The notes under the pieces are model-generated. The model ran no database searches. It had not been told where the DNA came from and saw only the letters and a list, made by a program, of their open reading frames with translations. Shown here piece by piece: positions 9,389-18,014 of a DNA stretch of 64,000 bases. The DNA is from Candidatus Dormiibacterota bacterium. GTDB lineage: Bacteria; Chloroflexota; Dormibacteria; Aeolococcales; Aeolococcaceae. The stretch spans positions 665 to 64,664 of the forward strand of contig JBAUTG010000092.1 in NCBI GenBank assembly GCA_049582105.1, in the 5' to 3' direction. Each line of letters opens with the position of its first letter. Within the stretch, counting starts at the first letter, position 1. Both the position numbers and the translations under genes were made by a program.

Positions 9389-9722
9389 CACTACCGTCGC
9401 GACCCCGCTCGCCCCAGGCGCCCCGGATACCTGCGCCGGGCGATGGAGGCCGGCGCGACGGGATTCGTGGTGAAAGACGGACCCGCCGATCAACTTGCGG
9501 TGTCGATCCGCCGCGCTCAGTGACGGGTCGAATCCGCTCACTCCGCGTGAGCGCGACGTCCTCCGTGCGGCAGCAGCGGGTGCCGCGATTGCGAGCATCG
9601 CCACAACGCTGTTCCTGTCCGAAGGGACGGTGCGCAACTATCTCTCATCGGCGATCCAGAAGACGGGAGCGCGCAACCGCATCGAGGCGGTGCGGACCGC
9701 CGAGCAGCACGGCTGGTTGTAG
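9389..9722 (+). pseudogene. NarL/LuxR-family response regulator remnant: receiver-domain C-terminal fragment, frameshift, then intact LuxR HTH
   Basis: Frame A (9389-9520) reads ...PGYLRRAMEAGATGFVVKDGPADQLAVSIRRAQ* (receiver alpha4-beta5-alpha5). Frame B (9495-9722, TTG start) reads LTPRERDVLRAAAAGAAIASIATTLFLSEGTVRNYLSSAIQKTGARNRIEAV (LuxR HTH). The N-terminal ~80 aa of the receiver are absent. Confidence 0.5.
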
Positions 9723-9742
9723 CCGCATCACGGAGCGCGACG

Positions 9743-10306
9743 TCAGTCGACGTACATGGCCGTCAATCCCACGGGATCCAATGGGGGCCGCGACACGGCG
9801 CGCACGACCGACGCCGCGAGCGCGAGCACGGGATCGACCGCGACCAGCCCCTCGAGTGCAATGGGCTCGGTGCTCGCCACGGGTTGTCCATCCGGGTCGA
9901 AGGCGGCGCCCATGATCCGCTGCGGATTCCCCGGGTCCGACTTCCGCGCGACGTAGAGCGCACCACGGCCCGCATCGGCAACCACCCACGCGCCTGGACC
10001 CAGTTCCGGCATGGGCGCGCTGGCAGTCACCTCGAGTGAGACGACGCCGTGGAGCGGGAGTCCCAGCGCCTGCGCGACGCCGAGCGCTGCCGCCATGCCG
10101 GCCCGGACCCCGGTGTACGTGCCCGGCCCGGTGACGACGACGACGGCGCGCCTCACCATGGACAGCATCGGAGTCATCGCCCGGGGCAGCAGGGCCCCGA
10201 CCGATTGACCCTGCAAGGCGACACCCTGGATCAGCTCCCCGTCCGCCGTCGCGAGCACGACCACGACTCGCGAACGCGACGCTGTGTCGATTGCGAGCAC
10301 GCTCAC
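9743..10306 (-). CDS. tsaB: tRNA threonylcarbamoyladenosine biosynthesis protein TsaB (YeaZ)
   Basis: LAIDTAS N-terminus and YeaZ fold. Confidence 0.85.
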   Translation of the reverse strand: MSVLAIDTASRSRVVVVLATADGELIQGVALQGQSVGALLPRAMTPMLSMVRRAVVVVTGPGTYTGVRAGMAAALGVAQALGLPLHGVVSLEVTASAPMPELGPGAWVVADAGRGALYVARKSDPGNPQRIMGAAFDPDGQPVASTEPIALEGLVAVDPVLALAASVVRAVSRPPLDPVGLTAMYVD

Positions 10307-10779
10307 CGCTCGTCCGCCCTGCTCCAGGCATTGAGGAGTCGCGCGGGTGCGTCAGGCGGCGGCGTGAACACTCTCGAGCCGCCTTCCTCGATGTCGACCC
10401 TGATGCTCACCTGCGCCCTCCCGACGAGGTCGGCATGCTCACCCCATTCGACGACGACGACCCCACCCGAGGCGAGCATCTCGTCGACGTCGAGCAGGCG
10501 GATGTCCGCGTTCGGACCGAGCCGGTAGAGGTCGATGTGATGCAACACCTTCGCGCGGGCCCGATAGACGTGGTGGAGAACGAAGGTGGGGCTCCGAACG
10601 AGCGCGGGATCGATGCCCATCCCTCTGGCGATGCCGCGAACCAGGACTGTCTTCCCCGCACCAAGCTCCCCGATGAGCAGGATCAGGTCACCCGGCTCGA
10701 CTCGCGCGCCGATGCGCTCCCCGAGCGCGAGGGTGTCCAACTCCGTCGCGCACCGCGACGCGGGCCCGAGACGCGTCAC
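10303..10779 (-). CDS. tsaE: tRNA threonylcarbamoyladenosine biosynthesis ATPase TsaE (YjeE)
   Basis: Walker A GELGAGKT; size and position are typical. Confidence 0.85.
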   Translation of the reverse strand: MTRLGPASRCATELDTLALGERIGARVEPGDLILLIGELGAGKTVLVRGIARGMGIDPALVRSPTFVLHHVYRARAKVLHHIDLYRLGPNADIRLLDVDEMLASGGVVVVEWGEHADLVGRAQVSIRVDIEEGGSRVFTPPPDAPARLLNAWSRADER

Positions 10780-11798
10780 GCGAAGTGCCGCGAGCTCGTG
10801 TGGGGGGTCGGCACCGGAGCACCGTCCTCGCGGTCGAGGACGGTAACGCCCGATCCGTCGCCGAGGCGGCCCACCACGGTCAGCGCCTCGAGCCCGGACG
10901 GCCAGCTTTCGAGAAGCGGGGTGACGCGCGCAGCCGGAACGGTCACCACGAGCTCGAAATCCTCGCCACCCCCGAGCGCGAGATCAGGCCATGCGGCCCC
11001 GAAGTCGGTCACGAGCGCGGGATCGACCGGAACGTGGTCGAGCCAGATCTCGGCCCGGCATCCCGACATCTCAGTGATCCGCTCCAGCTCGATGATCAAT
11101 CCGTCGCTGATGTCCCCGCCGCAACGCACCCCGGCGGCCACGAGCTGCAGGCCTTCGGCGATCCGAGCGCTGGGCGCAAGCTGGGCTGCGACCCATGATC
11201 GCTCCTGATCGGAGAGGTCGTCGCCGCCGTCCAGGAGGAGCCGAAGCCCGGCGGCCGCCCTCCCGAGACGCCCGGTCACGAGCACGACATCACCGGCGGC
11301 GCCGTGATCGCGCCGGAGCGCCGCATCCGGACGGACGGTGCCGCCGACCGAGACGTCGATGACGAGCGGGCCGTCGATGGCGCTGACATCGCCACCGGCG
11401 ACCACGCAGCCGGCTGAGGCGGCCGCGGCACACAGACCCCGCTGGATCTCCATCACGTCCTCGGCGTCGGTGCTCGCAGGGGCGCACAGGGTCGCGGCAC
11501 ACCAGGCGGGGCGGGCGCCCATGCCGGCGACGTCCGACAGCGCGACCGCGAGCGCCCGCATCCCGAGTTGACGTGGCGTGATCCACGAACGCTGGAAATC
11601 CACCCCCTCCACGACCGCGTCCTGGCTGATCGCCACGTGGGTACCCGGTTCCGGCGTCCAGAGGGCCGCATCGTCACCGCTGCCGAGCGCGAAGCTCGGA
11701 GAGGCGGTCCGTGCGATCTCGGCGAGCGCCTTGAGCAGCTCGCCTTCGCCCAGGTCCGAGAGGGTCGGGCCCCCCATGTCAAAGGTCCGTTCCGGCAT
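10776..11798 (-). CDS. thiL: Thiamine-monophosphate kinase
   Basis: AIR-synthase-related fold of ThiL (TLSDLGEGELL..., GDDAAL, ISQDAVVEGVDF). Start at the Met near 11798. Confidence 0.85.
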   Translation of the reverse strand: MPERTFDMGGPTLSDLGEGELLKALAEIARTASPSFALGSGDDAALWTPEPGTHVAISQDAVVEGVDFQRSWITPRQLGMRALAVALSDVAGMGARPAWCAATLCAPASTDAEDVMEIQRGLCAAAASAGCVVAGGDVSAIDGPLVIDVSVGGTVRPDAALRRDHGAAGDVVLVTGRLGRAAAGLRLLLDGGDDLSDQERSWVAAQLAPSARIAEGLQLVAAGVRCGGDISDGLIIELERITEMSGCRAEIWLDHVPVDPALVTDFGAAWPDLALGGGEDFELVVTVPAARVTPLLESWPSGLEALTVVGRLGDGSGVTVLDREDGAPVPTPHTSSRHFA

Positions 11799-11979
11799 CC
11801 GTTCAGCCTCCAACGTCACACGTCCGCAATATACGTACCCTGCCGCCGGGGTACCTTTGCCGCTGCGGCCTGGTTGCACTCGGTCTACCCAGCCCGGTAA
11901 GGTGCCGCCTGGGGAACGTGTCGGCTGGTGCTCGTGCAGGGTGTCGGTCGGCGCAGAAAGGAAACGGAGGACACCCATT

Positions 11980-13068
11980 TTGACGTTGAGCCGGAAGGTG
12001 GCACTGACCATCGCAGGTGTCATCACCCTTCTGGCCACCGGACTCGGAACCATCCCGAACAGTCAGGCAAACGGCACCACGCAGGCGCCGAACTCTGCCA
12101 TCGCAGCGCTTGAGCAGAAGCGCGCGGCACTCATCGCAGAGCTCGCCGCGATGCAGCCCAACCTGAGAGCGGCGGGTGGTTCGTTGGGTTCGGCGGAGGC
12201 GTTGTTCAACGCCCAGCAGACGAAGGTTCTGAATGAGCGCAAGCAGCTCGATCACCTGAACGCGACCCTGCTGTCGCTGAGCAGCCAGCTCACAAGCAAC
12301 GATGCGACGGTCGCGCAGGACAAGACGCAGCTGGCTGCAATCACCCGGGCGACGTACGAGAACAGCGGCGGCGACCAGGTCCTTGCCGCGGTGCTCGCGG
12401 CGCCGTCGTTCAACCAGGCGATGGACGAGCTGAAATCCGCGAACCAGGTGACCCAACAGGTGCTCGCGCTCGTCGAGCGGCTCGCGAATGCGAACCGGGC
12501 AATCACCGCCGAGCAGACGAACATCCGCCGCGACGTCGCGCAGGCGGGTGCACTGGAGGGGGCGCTCGCGGCGCAGAGCAATCAGTTGCTCGTCGTTCTC
12601 GAGAACCGCAACACGGTCTTCTCCGGGCTCAGTGGACCGGCGCGCCACATCGCAGCCGAGATCGCGAACATCGACAACCAGATCGCATACATCGAAGCAG
12701 GCCCGCACGTCGGCAATGCGCCGTGCGGTGATCACTTCGCGTACGGGTTCTGCACGTACTACGTCGCGACCCGCCGTTGCGTCCCGTGGCTCGGCAACGC
12801 ACGCGACTGGTACGTCGCCGCGGCCGCGATGGGATACAGGGAAGGGTCGATGCCGGTCGCGGGAGCGATCGTCGTCTTCAGACCCGGCATCGACGGGACC
12901 AGCTCGCTCGGCCACGTCGCATACGTCGAGGCGGTCGGTCCGGCCGCCGGGATCCCGGCCGGCGCCTTCAAGCTGTCAGAGATGAACTTCGCCGGTTGGA
13001 ACAGGGTCGACTACCGCGTCCTCAGCGACACCGACGGGTCGATCGAAGGGTTCATCTACGGGCATTAG
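11980..13068 (+). CDS. Secreted/membrane-anchored peptidoglycan hydrolase: N-terminal TM/signal, coiled-coil region, C-terminal CHAP domain (PcsB-like architecture)
   Basis: TTG start with GGAGG 9 nt upstream. Hydrophobic N-terminus, long Ala/Gln/Leu-rich heptad region, C-terminal Cys (GFCTYYVA) and His (GHVAYVE) arranged as in CHAP. Confidence 0.75.
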   Translation: MTLSRKVALTIAGVITLLATGLGTIPNSQANGTTQAPNSAIAALEQKRAALIAELAAMQPNLRAAGGSLGSAEALFNAQQTKVLNERKQLDHLNATLLSLSSQLTSNDATVAQDKTQLAAITRATYENSGGDQVLAAVLAAPSFNQAMDELKSANQVTQQVLALVERLANANRAITAEQTNIRRDVAQAGALEGALAAQSNQLLVVLENRNTVFSGLSGPARHIAAEIANIDNQIAYIEAGPHVGNAPCGDHFAYGFCTYYVATRRCVPWLGNARDWYVAAAAMGYREGSMPVAGAIVVFRPGIDGTSSLGHVAYVEAVGPAAGIPAGAFKLSEMNFAGWNRVDYRVLSDTDGSIEGFIYGH

Positions 13069-14296
13069 CCGCCTCGAGGGCCTGCCGGAGCAGCTCCTGG
13101 GCAGCCGGCAAGGTGTCAAGCAGATCCGAGGCCAGCGCGCCCGCGCGGCCGCGCCGGTTCTGCACCATCAGGCCGGCCTGAGCGTGCACGGTGACGCCGG
13201 CCACGGCGGCGTTCCGCGCGCTGAGGCCCTGAGCGAGCAACGACCCGATGACGCCTGCCAGCACGTCGCCGGTCCCGCCCGTGGCAAGCGCCACGATGTG
13301 GTGGCGATCGATGTGTGTGGGCTCGCCGGAGGCTGCCACCACCGTCTCAGCCCCCTTCAGCACGACCACGACTCCGTACCGGTTCGCGTAACTCTCGGCG
13401 ATCGCGAGGCGATCCGCCTGCACTGCCTTGGTATCCGTCCCGGCGAGCCGGGCCATCTCCGCGGGGTGCGGGGTGATGACGACGCTCTCCTCGCAATTCT
13501 TCCAGTCAAACCCCGACGCAGCGACGATGTTCAACGCGTCGGCGTCGACGACGGTCCGACACGGGAGGCCGACGAGCAGTTCGATGAGTGCGCTCACTGT
13601 CTCGCGTCCGCGACCGAGTCCTGGCCCGATGACCAGCGCGTCAGCACCCTTCAGCCGTTCACGGATGGTGGGAAGTGCATCCGGATGCAAGACGCCGGTA
13701 CCCGCGTCAGGGAGCGGCGTCGGCATCACCTCGAGACACCCGGCCGCCACGATGGCGTGGATCGACTCCGGCACGCAAACCTCGACGAGTCCGGCGCCGC
13801 CACGCGCCGCGCCCATCGCGGCGAGACGCGGTGCTCCGGTGAAGTCCTTCGATCCCGCGACCACGACGACACGACCGAACATGCCCTTGTTGGCGTCGTC
13901 CGGCCGGGGCGCGAGCACGAGTCCTTCCGGAGCGTCCGGGAGCGGGTGCCTCCGGCCACCCACTCGGTTGACGGCAACGGCGATGGCGAGGCCGCCATCG
14001 TGAGTCAGCGACAGCGCGATATCGGTCGGCTCGCCGCGAACGTGCACCTGGGGGGCTCCACCACGGCGGCGGACCACCTCGATGTCCCTGTACGTCGGGA
14101 TGCGCTCGCCCATGGAACCGTAGAGTTTCTTGACCGCTTCCTTGGCGGCCCACCTGCTCGCCCATCGCTCGGGCTTCGCGGCAGCGTACCGCTGCTCACC
14201 GTCGGTGTAGATCTTCTGCGCGAACTGCGGATGGCGCCGCAGCGCGGCCGCGACGCGGTCCACCACGGTCACGTCGACCCCCACGACCATCGTCAT
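13052..14296 (-). CDS. acpS: Fusion of holo-ACP synthase (AcpS, N-terminal ~112 aa) and ADP-dependent NAD(P)H-hydrate dehydratase (YjeF_C/NnrD)
   Basis: N-terminus GVDVTVVDRV...RWAAKEAVKK...LSLTHDGGLAIAVAV is AcpS-like. The remainder has LVIGPGLG, ITPHPAEM, VVLKGA and ATGGTGDVLAG, which are YjeF_C-like. Confidence 0.8.
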   Translation of the reverse strand: MTMVVGVDVTVVDRVAAALRRHPQFAQKIYTDGEQRYAAAKPERWASRWAAKEAVKKLYGSMGERIPTYRDIEVVRRRGGAPQVHVRGEPTDIALSLTHDGGLAIAVAVNRVGGRRHPLPDAPEGLVLAPRPDDANKGMFGRVVVVAGSKDFTGAPRLAAMGAARGGAGLVEVCVPESIHAIVAAGCLEVMPTPLPDAGTGVLHPDALPTIRERLKGADALVIGPGLGRGRETVSALIELLVGLPCRTVVDADALNIVAASGFDWKNCEESVVITPHPAEMARLAGTDTKAVQADRLAIAESYANRYGVVVVLKGAETVVAASGEPTHIDRHHIVALATGGTGDVLAGVIGSLLAQGLSARNAAVAGVTVHAQAGLMVQNRRGRAGALASDLLDTLPAAQELLRQALEAANARR

Positions 14297-14303
14297 ACGA
14301 CGG

Positions 14304-16136
14304 CTATTCCACCGTCACCGATTTCGCGAGGTTGCGCGGCTGATCCACGTCGCAGCCGCGCTGCACCGCAACGTGATACGCGAACAGCTGCAAGGGGATC
14401 ACGTTGATGAGCGGAGACAACACCTCGGAGCACGCGGGAACGGGAATCGTGCTTGCGAAGCCGGAGTCGAACGGATCCTCACCCTCGGTGACGAGCGCGA
14501 TGACCGGCGCGTCGCGGGAGTGCACCTCCTGCACGTTGCTCACCATCTTCGGCAGCGTTGCGGAGCGGGTCGCGATCGCGACCACGGGCACCTCGGGGTC
14601 GAGCAGCGCGATCGGACCGTGCTTGAGCTCGCCCGCCGCGTATCCCTCCGCGTGCACGTACGAGACCTCCTTGAGCTTGAGCGCCCCCTCCATCGCGATC
14701 GGGAAGTTGATGCCGCGACCGATGTAGAGCGCGCTCCGCGCGTGCGCGAAACGCTGTCCCAGGTCGACGAGCATCGGCTCGAGCTCGAGGGTTCGGGTGA
14801 GCAGCTCGGGAATGTGCTGCAGCTCGGCAACCAGCCGCTGATGCTCCGCGACATCGAGCGTGCCACGGACGTCGCCCAACCGCAGTGCGAGCAGAAGCCC
14901 GCACACCATCTGGGTCATGAAGGTCTTCGTGCCCGCGACGGATATCTCCGGTCCCGCCTGCATGTACAGCGCTCCATCCGCCTCGAGTGACAGCGCGCTG
15001 CCGACGACATTGGTGATCGCGATCACCTGCGCGCCCGCATGATGTGCCTGGCGTACGGCGGCGAGCGTGTCAGCGGTCTCACCCGACTGCGAGACCGCGA
15101 TGACCAGCGAGTGCTCGTCGACGAGCGCCTCACCGTAGCGGAATTCGCTTGCCGCCTCGACCTTGCACCGAACCTTCGCCAGATGCTCGATCGCGTACCC
15201 CGCGACCATTGCCGCATACCAGGCGGTGCCGCACGCGACGAGCACGACTTCGCGCACCGCGTCGAGGCGGCCCAGGTCGAGACCGAGCTCCGGCAGCACG
15301 ACCATGCCGAGGTCGTCGATCCTTCCACGGAGCGCGTTCCGGACCGCCTCCGGCTGCTCGTGAATCTCCTTGAGCAGAAAGTGGGGATACCCGTTCTTCT
15401 GCGCCTGCTCCGCCTCCCAGTCGACGGTGACGACACGTGCCTCGACGGCGGTGCCGTCGAGTTGCACCACGCTGATGCCATCCGGTGTCGCGGTGACGAT
15501 CTCGCCTTCGCCGAGCAGCGCGATTCGCTTCGTGTACGGAATCAATGCAGTGATGTCACTGCTCACGAATACCTCGCCGCGACCGAGTCCCACGACGAGC
15601 GGCGCATTCACGCGCGCGCCGACGACGCGGTCCGGTTGGTCGGCGGAGATCACCACCAGCGCGCATGCGCCCTCCATGCGGTTGAGCGCGATGCGCACAG
15701 CCGCTGCGAGATCACCGTGGAAGTTGTCCTCGATGAGGTGGGGCACCACCTCGGTGTCGGTCTCGCTCAGAAACTCGTGACCGCGCGCCATGAGCTCGGC
15801 GCGCAGCTCCCGATAGTTCTCGACGATCCCGTTGTGGATGACATGGATGCGCCCGGTGCAGTCCTGATGCGGATGCGCATTCTCGACAGACGGACGGCCG
15901 TGCGTTGCCCACCGCGTGTGCCCGATGCCGACCGTGCCGGTCGGCTGGCCCCCTGCCTCGACCTGACGGGCGAGATCGTCGACCTTGTGGGTGTTGCGCA
16001 CCGTCGTGACCTCACCCGACGCGTCGATGATCGCGATCCCGGCCGAGTCATAGCCGCGATACTCGAGCCGCCGAAGGCTGTCGAGCAGGATCGGAGCTGC
16101 GGGGCGGGGGCCGGCGTAGCCGATGATGCCGCACAT
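14304..16136 (-). CDS. glmS: Glutamine--fructose-6-phosphate aminotransferase
   Basis: MCGIIGY N-terminus, two SIS domains, ends VTVE; 610 aa. Confidence 0.97.
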   Translation of the reverse strand: MCGIIGYAGPRPAAPILLDSLRRLEYRGYDSAGIAIIDASGEVTTVRNTHKVDDLARQVEAGGQPTGTVGIGHTRWATHGRPSVENAHPHQDCTGRIHVIHNGIVENYRELRAELMARGHEFLSETDTEVVPHLIEDNFHGDLAAAVRIALNRMEGACALVVISADQPDRVVGARVNAPLVVGLGRGEVFVSSDITALIPYTKRIALLGEGEIVTATPDGISVVQLDGTAVEARVVTVDWEAEQAQKNGYPHFLLKEIHEQPEAVRNALRGRIDDLGMVVLPELGLDLGRLDAVREVVLVACGTAWYAAMVAGYAIEHLAKVRCKVEAASEFRYGEALVDEHSLVIAVSQSGETADTLAAVRQAHHAGAQVIAITNVVGSALSLEADGALYMQAGPEISVAGTKTFMTQMVCGLLLALRLGDVRGTLDVAEHQRLVAELQHIPELLTRTLELEPMLVDLGQRFAHARSALYIGRGINFPIAMEGALKLKEVSYVHAEGYAAGELKHGPIALLDPEVPVVAIATRSATLPKMVSNVQEVHSRDAPVIALVTEGEDPFDSGFASTIPVPACSEVLSPLINVIPLQLFAYHVAVQRGCDVDQPRNLAKSVTVE

Positions 16137-16170
16137 AGGACCTCTCTGGAACGGTCGCGAGTGGCCCGGG

Positions 16171-17148
16171 TTACGGCCCGGGCGTCGGTGAGGGCGTGGG
16201 TGTCGGGGTCGGCGGGGTCGGCAGGGCGGCCACGTCGATGGTCATGATCACCTTGGTCGGCACGACCGTCACCCCGGCCGGGGGCGCCAGCGCGACGGTG
16301 ATCGTGTAGGTGCCAACCACGCCGTTCAGGAAGATCGACGCCGTCTGAATCGAATCGAGTCCGTTCAACAGGTCCTGCGGCCCGGTGATGATGACCGTCT
16401 GCGGGTTGGACGAGATGCCGACCAGGTAGTGTCCCTGCGAGGGCGACCCGATCGTGCGCGGCATGACCGCAACGGTTCGCGACGTCACGTCCGCTTCGAT
16501 GGCGATGCTGACGCTCACGTCGGTGTGATCGATCCCCACGTTGTTGAGGCGGTTGCCCTTCGAGTCGTACGCGAGCACACGGAGATCCGCCTGGAAGTTC
16601 GCCTTCTGTGTGCTGAGATCGACGGTCACGCGCGCCTGCACGCCGGCCAGCTCATGCTCGGGTCCGTCGATCGCCACCGTCGACGGCGTCGCCTGCTCCG
16701 CGCCCGGGCGGTACCCCACCGGCGGCGGTCTGGTCACCACGATCGTCACCGGGACGGAGACGGAGACGAACGCGTCGAGATCGACCTGGATCCGAGTCGG
16801 TGGGTCGATCAACTCGATGTTCGGATCGGTGTTCACGATGGTGATCGGGATGAAGTAGGTACCTGCGCGATCGACTGCAGCCCAGTCGACGCTGACGCTG
16901 ATCACCCCGGGATTGAGCGCGGCGAGCGTGTTCTGGTCGCCACCGATGCGCACCAGCAGGTTCTGCACGGGGTGCACGAGGACGAATGCCGACGGGATGG
17001 TTGCGGCGCTCTGCGGCACCGGCACCTGGATCACCTTCGTCTCCGGCGGGTTGCCCGCGTAGACCACACCGACCCAGGTCACCAAGGCGATGAGAAAACA
17101 GCCCACCTTGAGCCGCAGGTTGCGGCGGATGAACCCTGGGAGCGTCAC
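16171..17148 (-). CDS. cdaR: CdaR (YbbR-domain regulator of diadenylate cyclase), PT-rich C-terminal tail
   Basis: N-terminal TM segment plus repeated YbbR-like beta domains; 4-nt overlap with the cdaA stop. Confidence 0.75.
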   Translation of the reverse strand: MTLPGFIRRNLRLKVGCFLIALVTWVGVVYAGNPPETKVIQVPVPQSAATIPSAFVLVHPVQNLLVRIGGDQNTLAALNPGVISVSVDWAAVDRAGTYFIPITIVNTDPNIELIDPPTRIQVDLDAFVSVSVPVTIVVTRPPPVGYRPGAEQATPSTVAIDGPEHELAGVQARVTVDLSTQKANFQADLRVLAYDSKGNRLNNVGIDHTDVSVSIAIEADVTSRTVAVMPRTIGSPSQGHYLVGISSNPQTVIITGPQDLLNGLDSIQTASIFLNGVVGTYTITVALAPPAGVTVVPTKVIMTIDVAALPTPPTPTPTPSPTPGP

Positions 17149-18014
17149 GGGTGCGAGCGGCGCCCCAGCGTGCGCAGCGTGCTGACACGCGACAGCGGAC
17201 GGAGCATGCCGGTACGCCCTTGTCCGCCCTCTTTGGCGAGCAGCGTCACGAGCATCTCATGCAACTTCGCCTGGTCGAGCCCTCGATAGATCTTCCCGTC
17301 ATGCGCGACGCTGATGAGCCCGGTCTCCTCGCTGACGATGAGCACCACGGCATCGCTCTGCATGGTGAGTCCGAGCGCGGCGCGATGACGCGTGCCCATG
17401 CGACCGACACCCGGCAGAGTCTCTGCGAGCGGGAGCACGCACCCGGCCGCGACGAGCCGGTTCTCGCGAATGATCACCGCGCCGTCATGGAGCGGTGAGC
17501 CAGGGATGAAGATCGTGGCGAGCATCTCCGCGGTCACCTCACCGTTGATGTGCACGCCGGTTGCCGCGAGGTTCTCGAGGCCGGTGCCGCGCTCGAAGAC
17601 GATGAGCGCGCCCACCTTGCGCTCGGCAAGCGAACCGGCGGCGCGCAACACCTCATCGACGATGCGCGCATATGACAGCTCGGTGTGGCGTCCGAGCAGG
17701 GTTCGCACCGTCCCGAGCCTGCCGACCTGGTCGAGCGCGCGGCGCAACTCCGGTTGGAACAGGACGATCGCGGCGATGACGATCGCCTGCGTCCCGTTGC
17801 TGAAGATGAACTCCAGCAAGCGGAGATGGAGGAACTGCGCCGCCCATCCGACGATGAAGATGACACCGAGGCCGAGCAACAGCTGCACCGCCTGCGTGCC
17901 CCGGATGAGCTTGAGCAGCTGATACAGCAGGATCGCGACGACGAGCACGTCGAGCCCGTCTCGCCAGCTCAGGCTCTGCAGGAAGAAATGCGCGTTGCGC
18001 AGCAGGTCGCTCAC
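17145..18014 (-). CDS. cdaA: Diadenylate cyclase CdaA (membrane-anchored DAC domain)
   Basis: Three N-terminal TM helices; DAC motifs DGAVII and GTRHRAALG. Confidence 0.85.
   Translation of the reverse strand: MSDLLRNAHFFLQSLSWRDGLDVLVVAILLYQLLKLIRGTQAVQLLLGLGVIFIVGWAAQFLHLRLLEFIFSNGTQAIVIAAIVLFQPELRRALDQVGRLGTVRTLLGRHTELSYARIVDEVLRAAGSLAERKVGALIVFERGTGLENLAATGVHINGEVTAEMLATIFIPGSPLHDGAVIIRENRLVAAGCVLPLAETLPGVGRMGTRHRAALGLTMQSDAVVLIVSEETGLISVAHDGKIYRGLDQAKLHEMLVTLLAKEGGQGRTGMLRPLSRVSTLRTLGRRSHP

Noticed and set aside
9365-9637. 90-aa minus-strand ORF in the rimI-tsaB insert
   Set aside because: Antisense to the response-regulator remnant; no features.
11799-11979. Possible TPP riboswitch upstream of thiL
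   Set aside because: No match to the conserved TPP aptamer core (CUGAGA / ACCUGAUCUGGAUAAUGCCAGCG elements are absent), and thiL is not a usual riboswitch target. More likely a plain divergent promoter region with an inverted repeat.
16137-16170. glmS ribozyme in the glmS 5' region
   Set aside because: Only 34 nt separate glmS from cdaR; too short for the ~150-nt ribozyme, and no conserved core is seen.
13184-16247. Plus-strand ORFs 13184-14407 and 15039-16247 and assorted minus frames
   Set aside because: Antisense to the AcpS-NnrD fusion and glmS, both strongly supported by homology.
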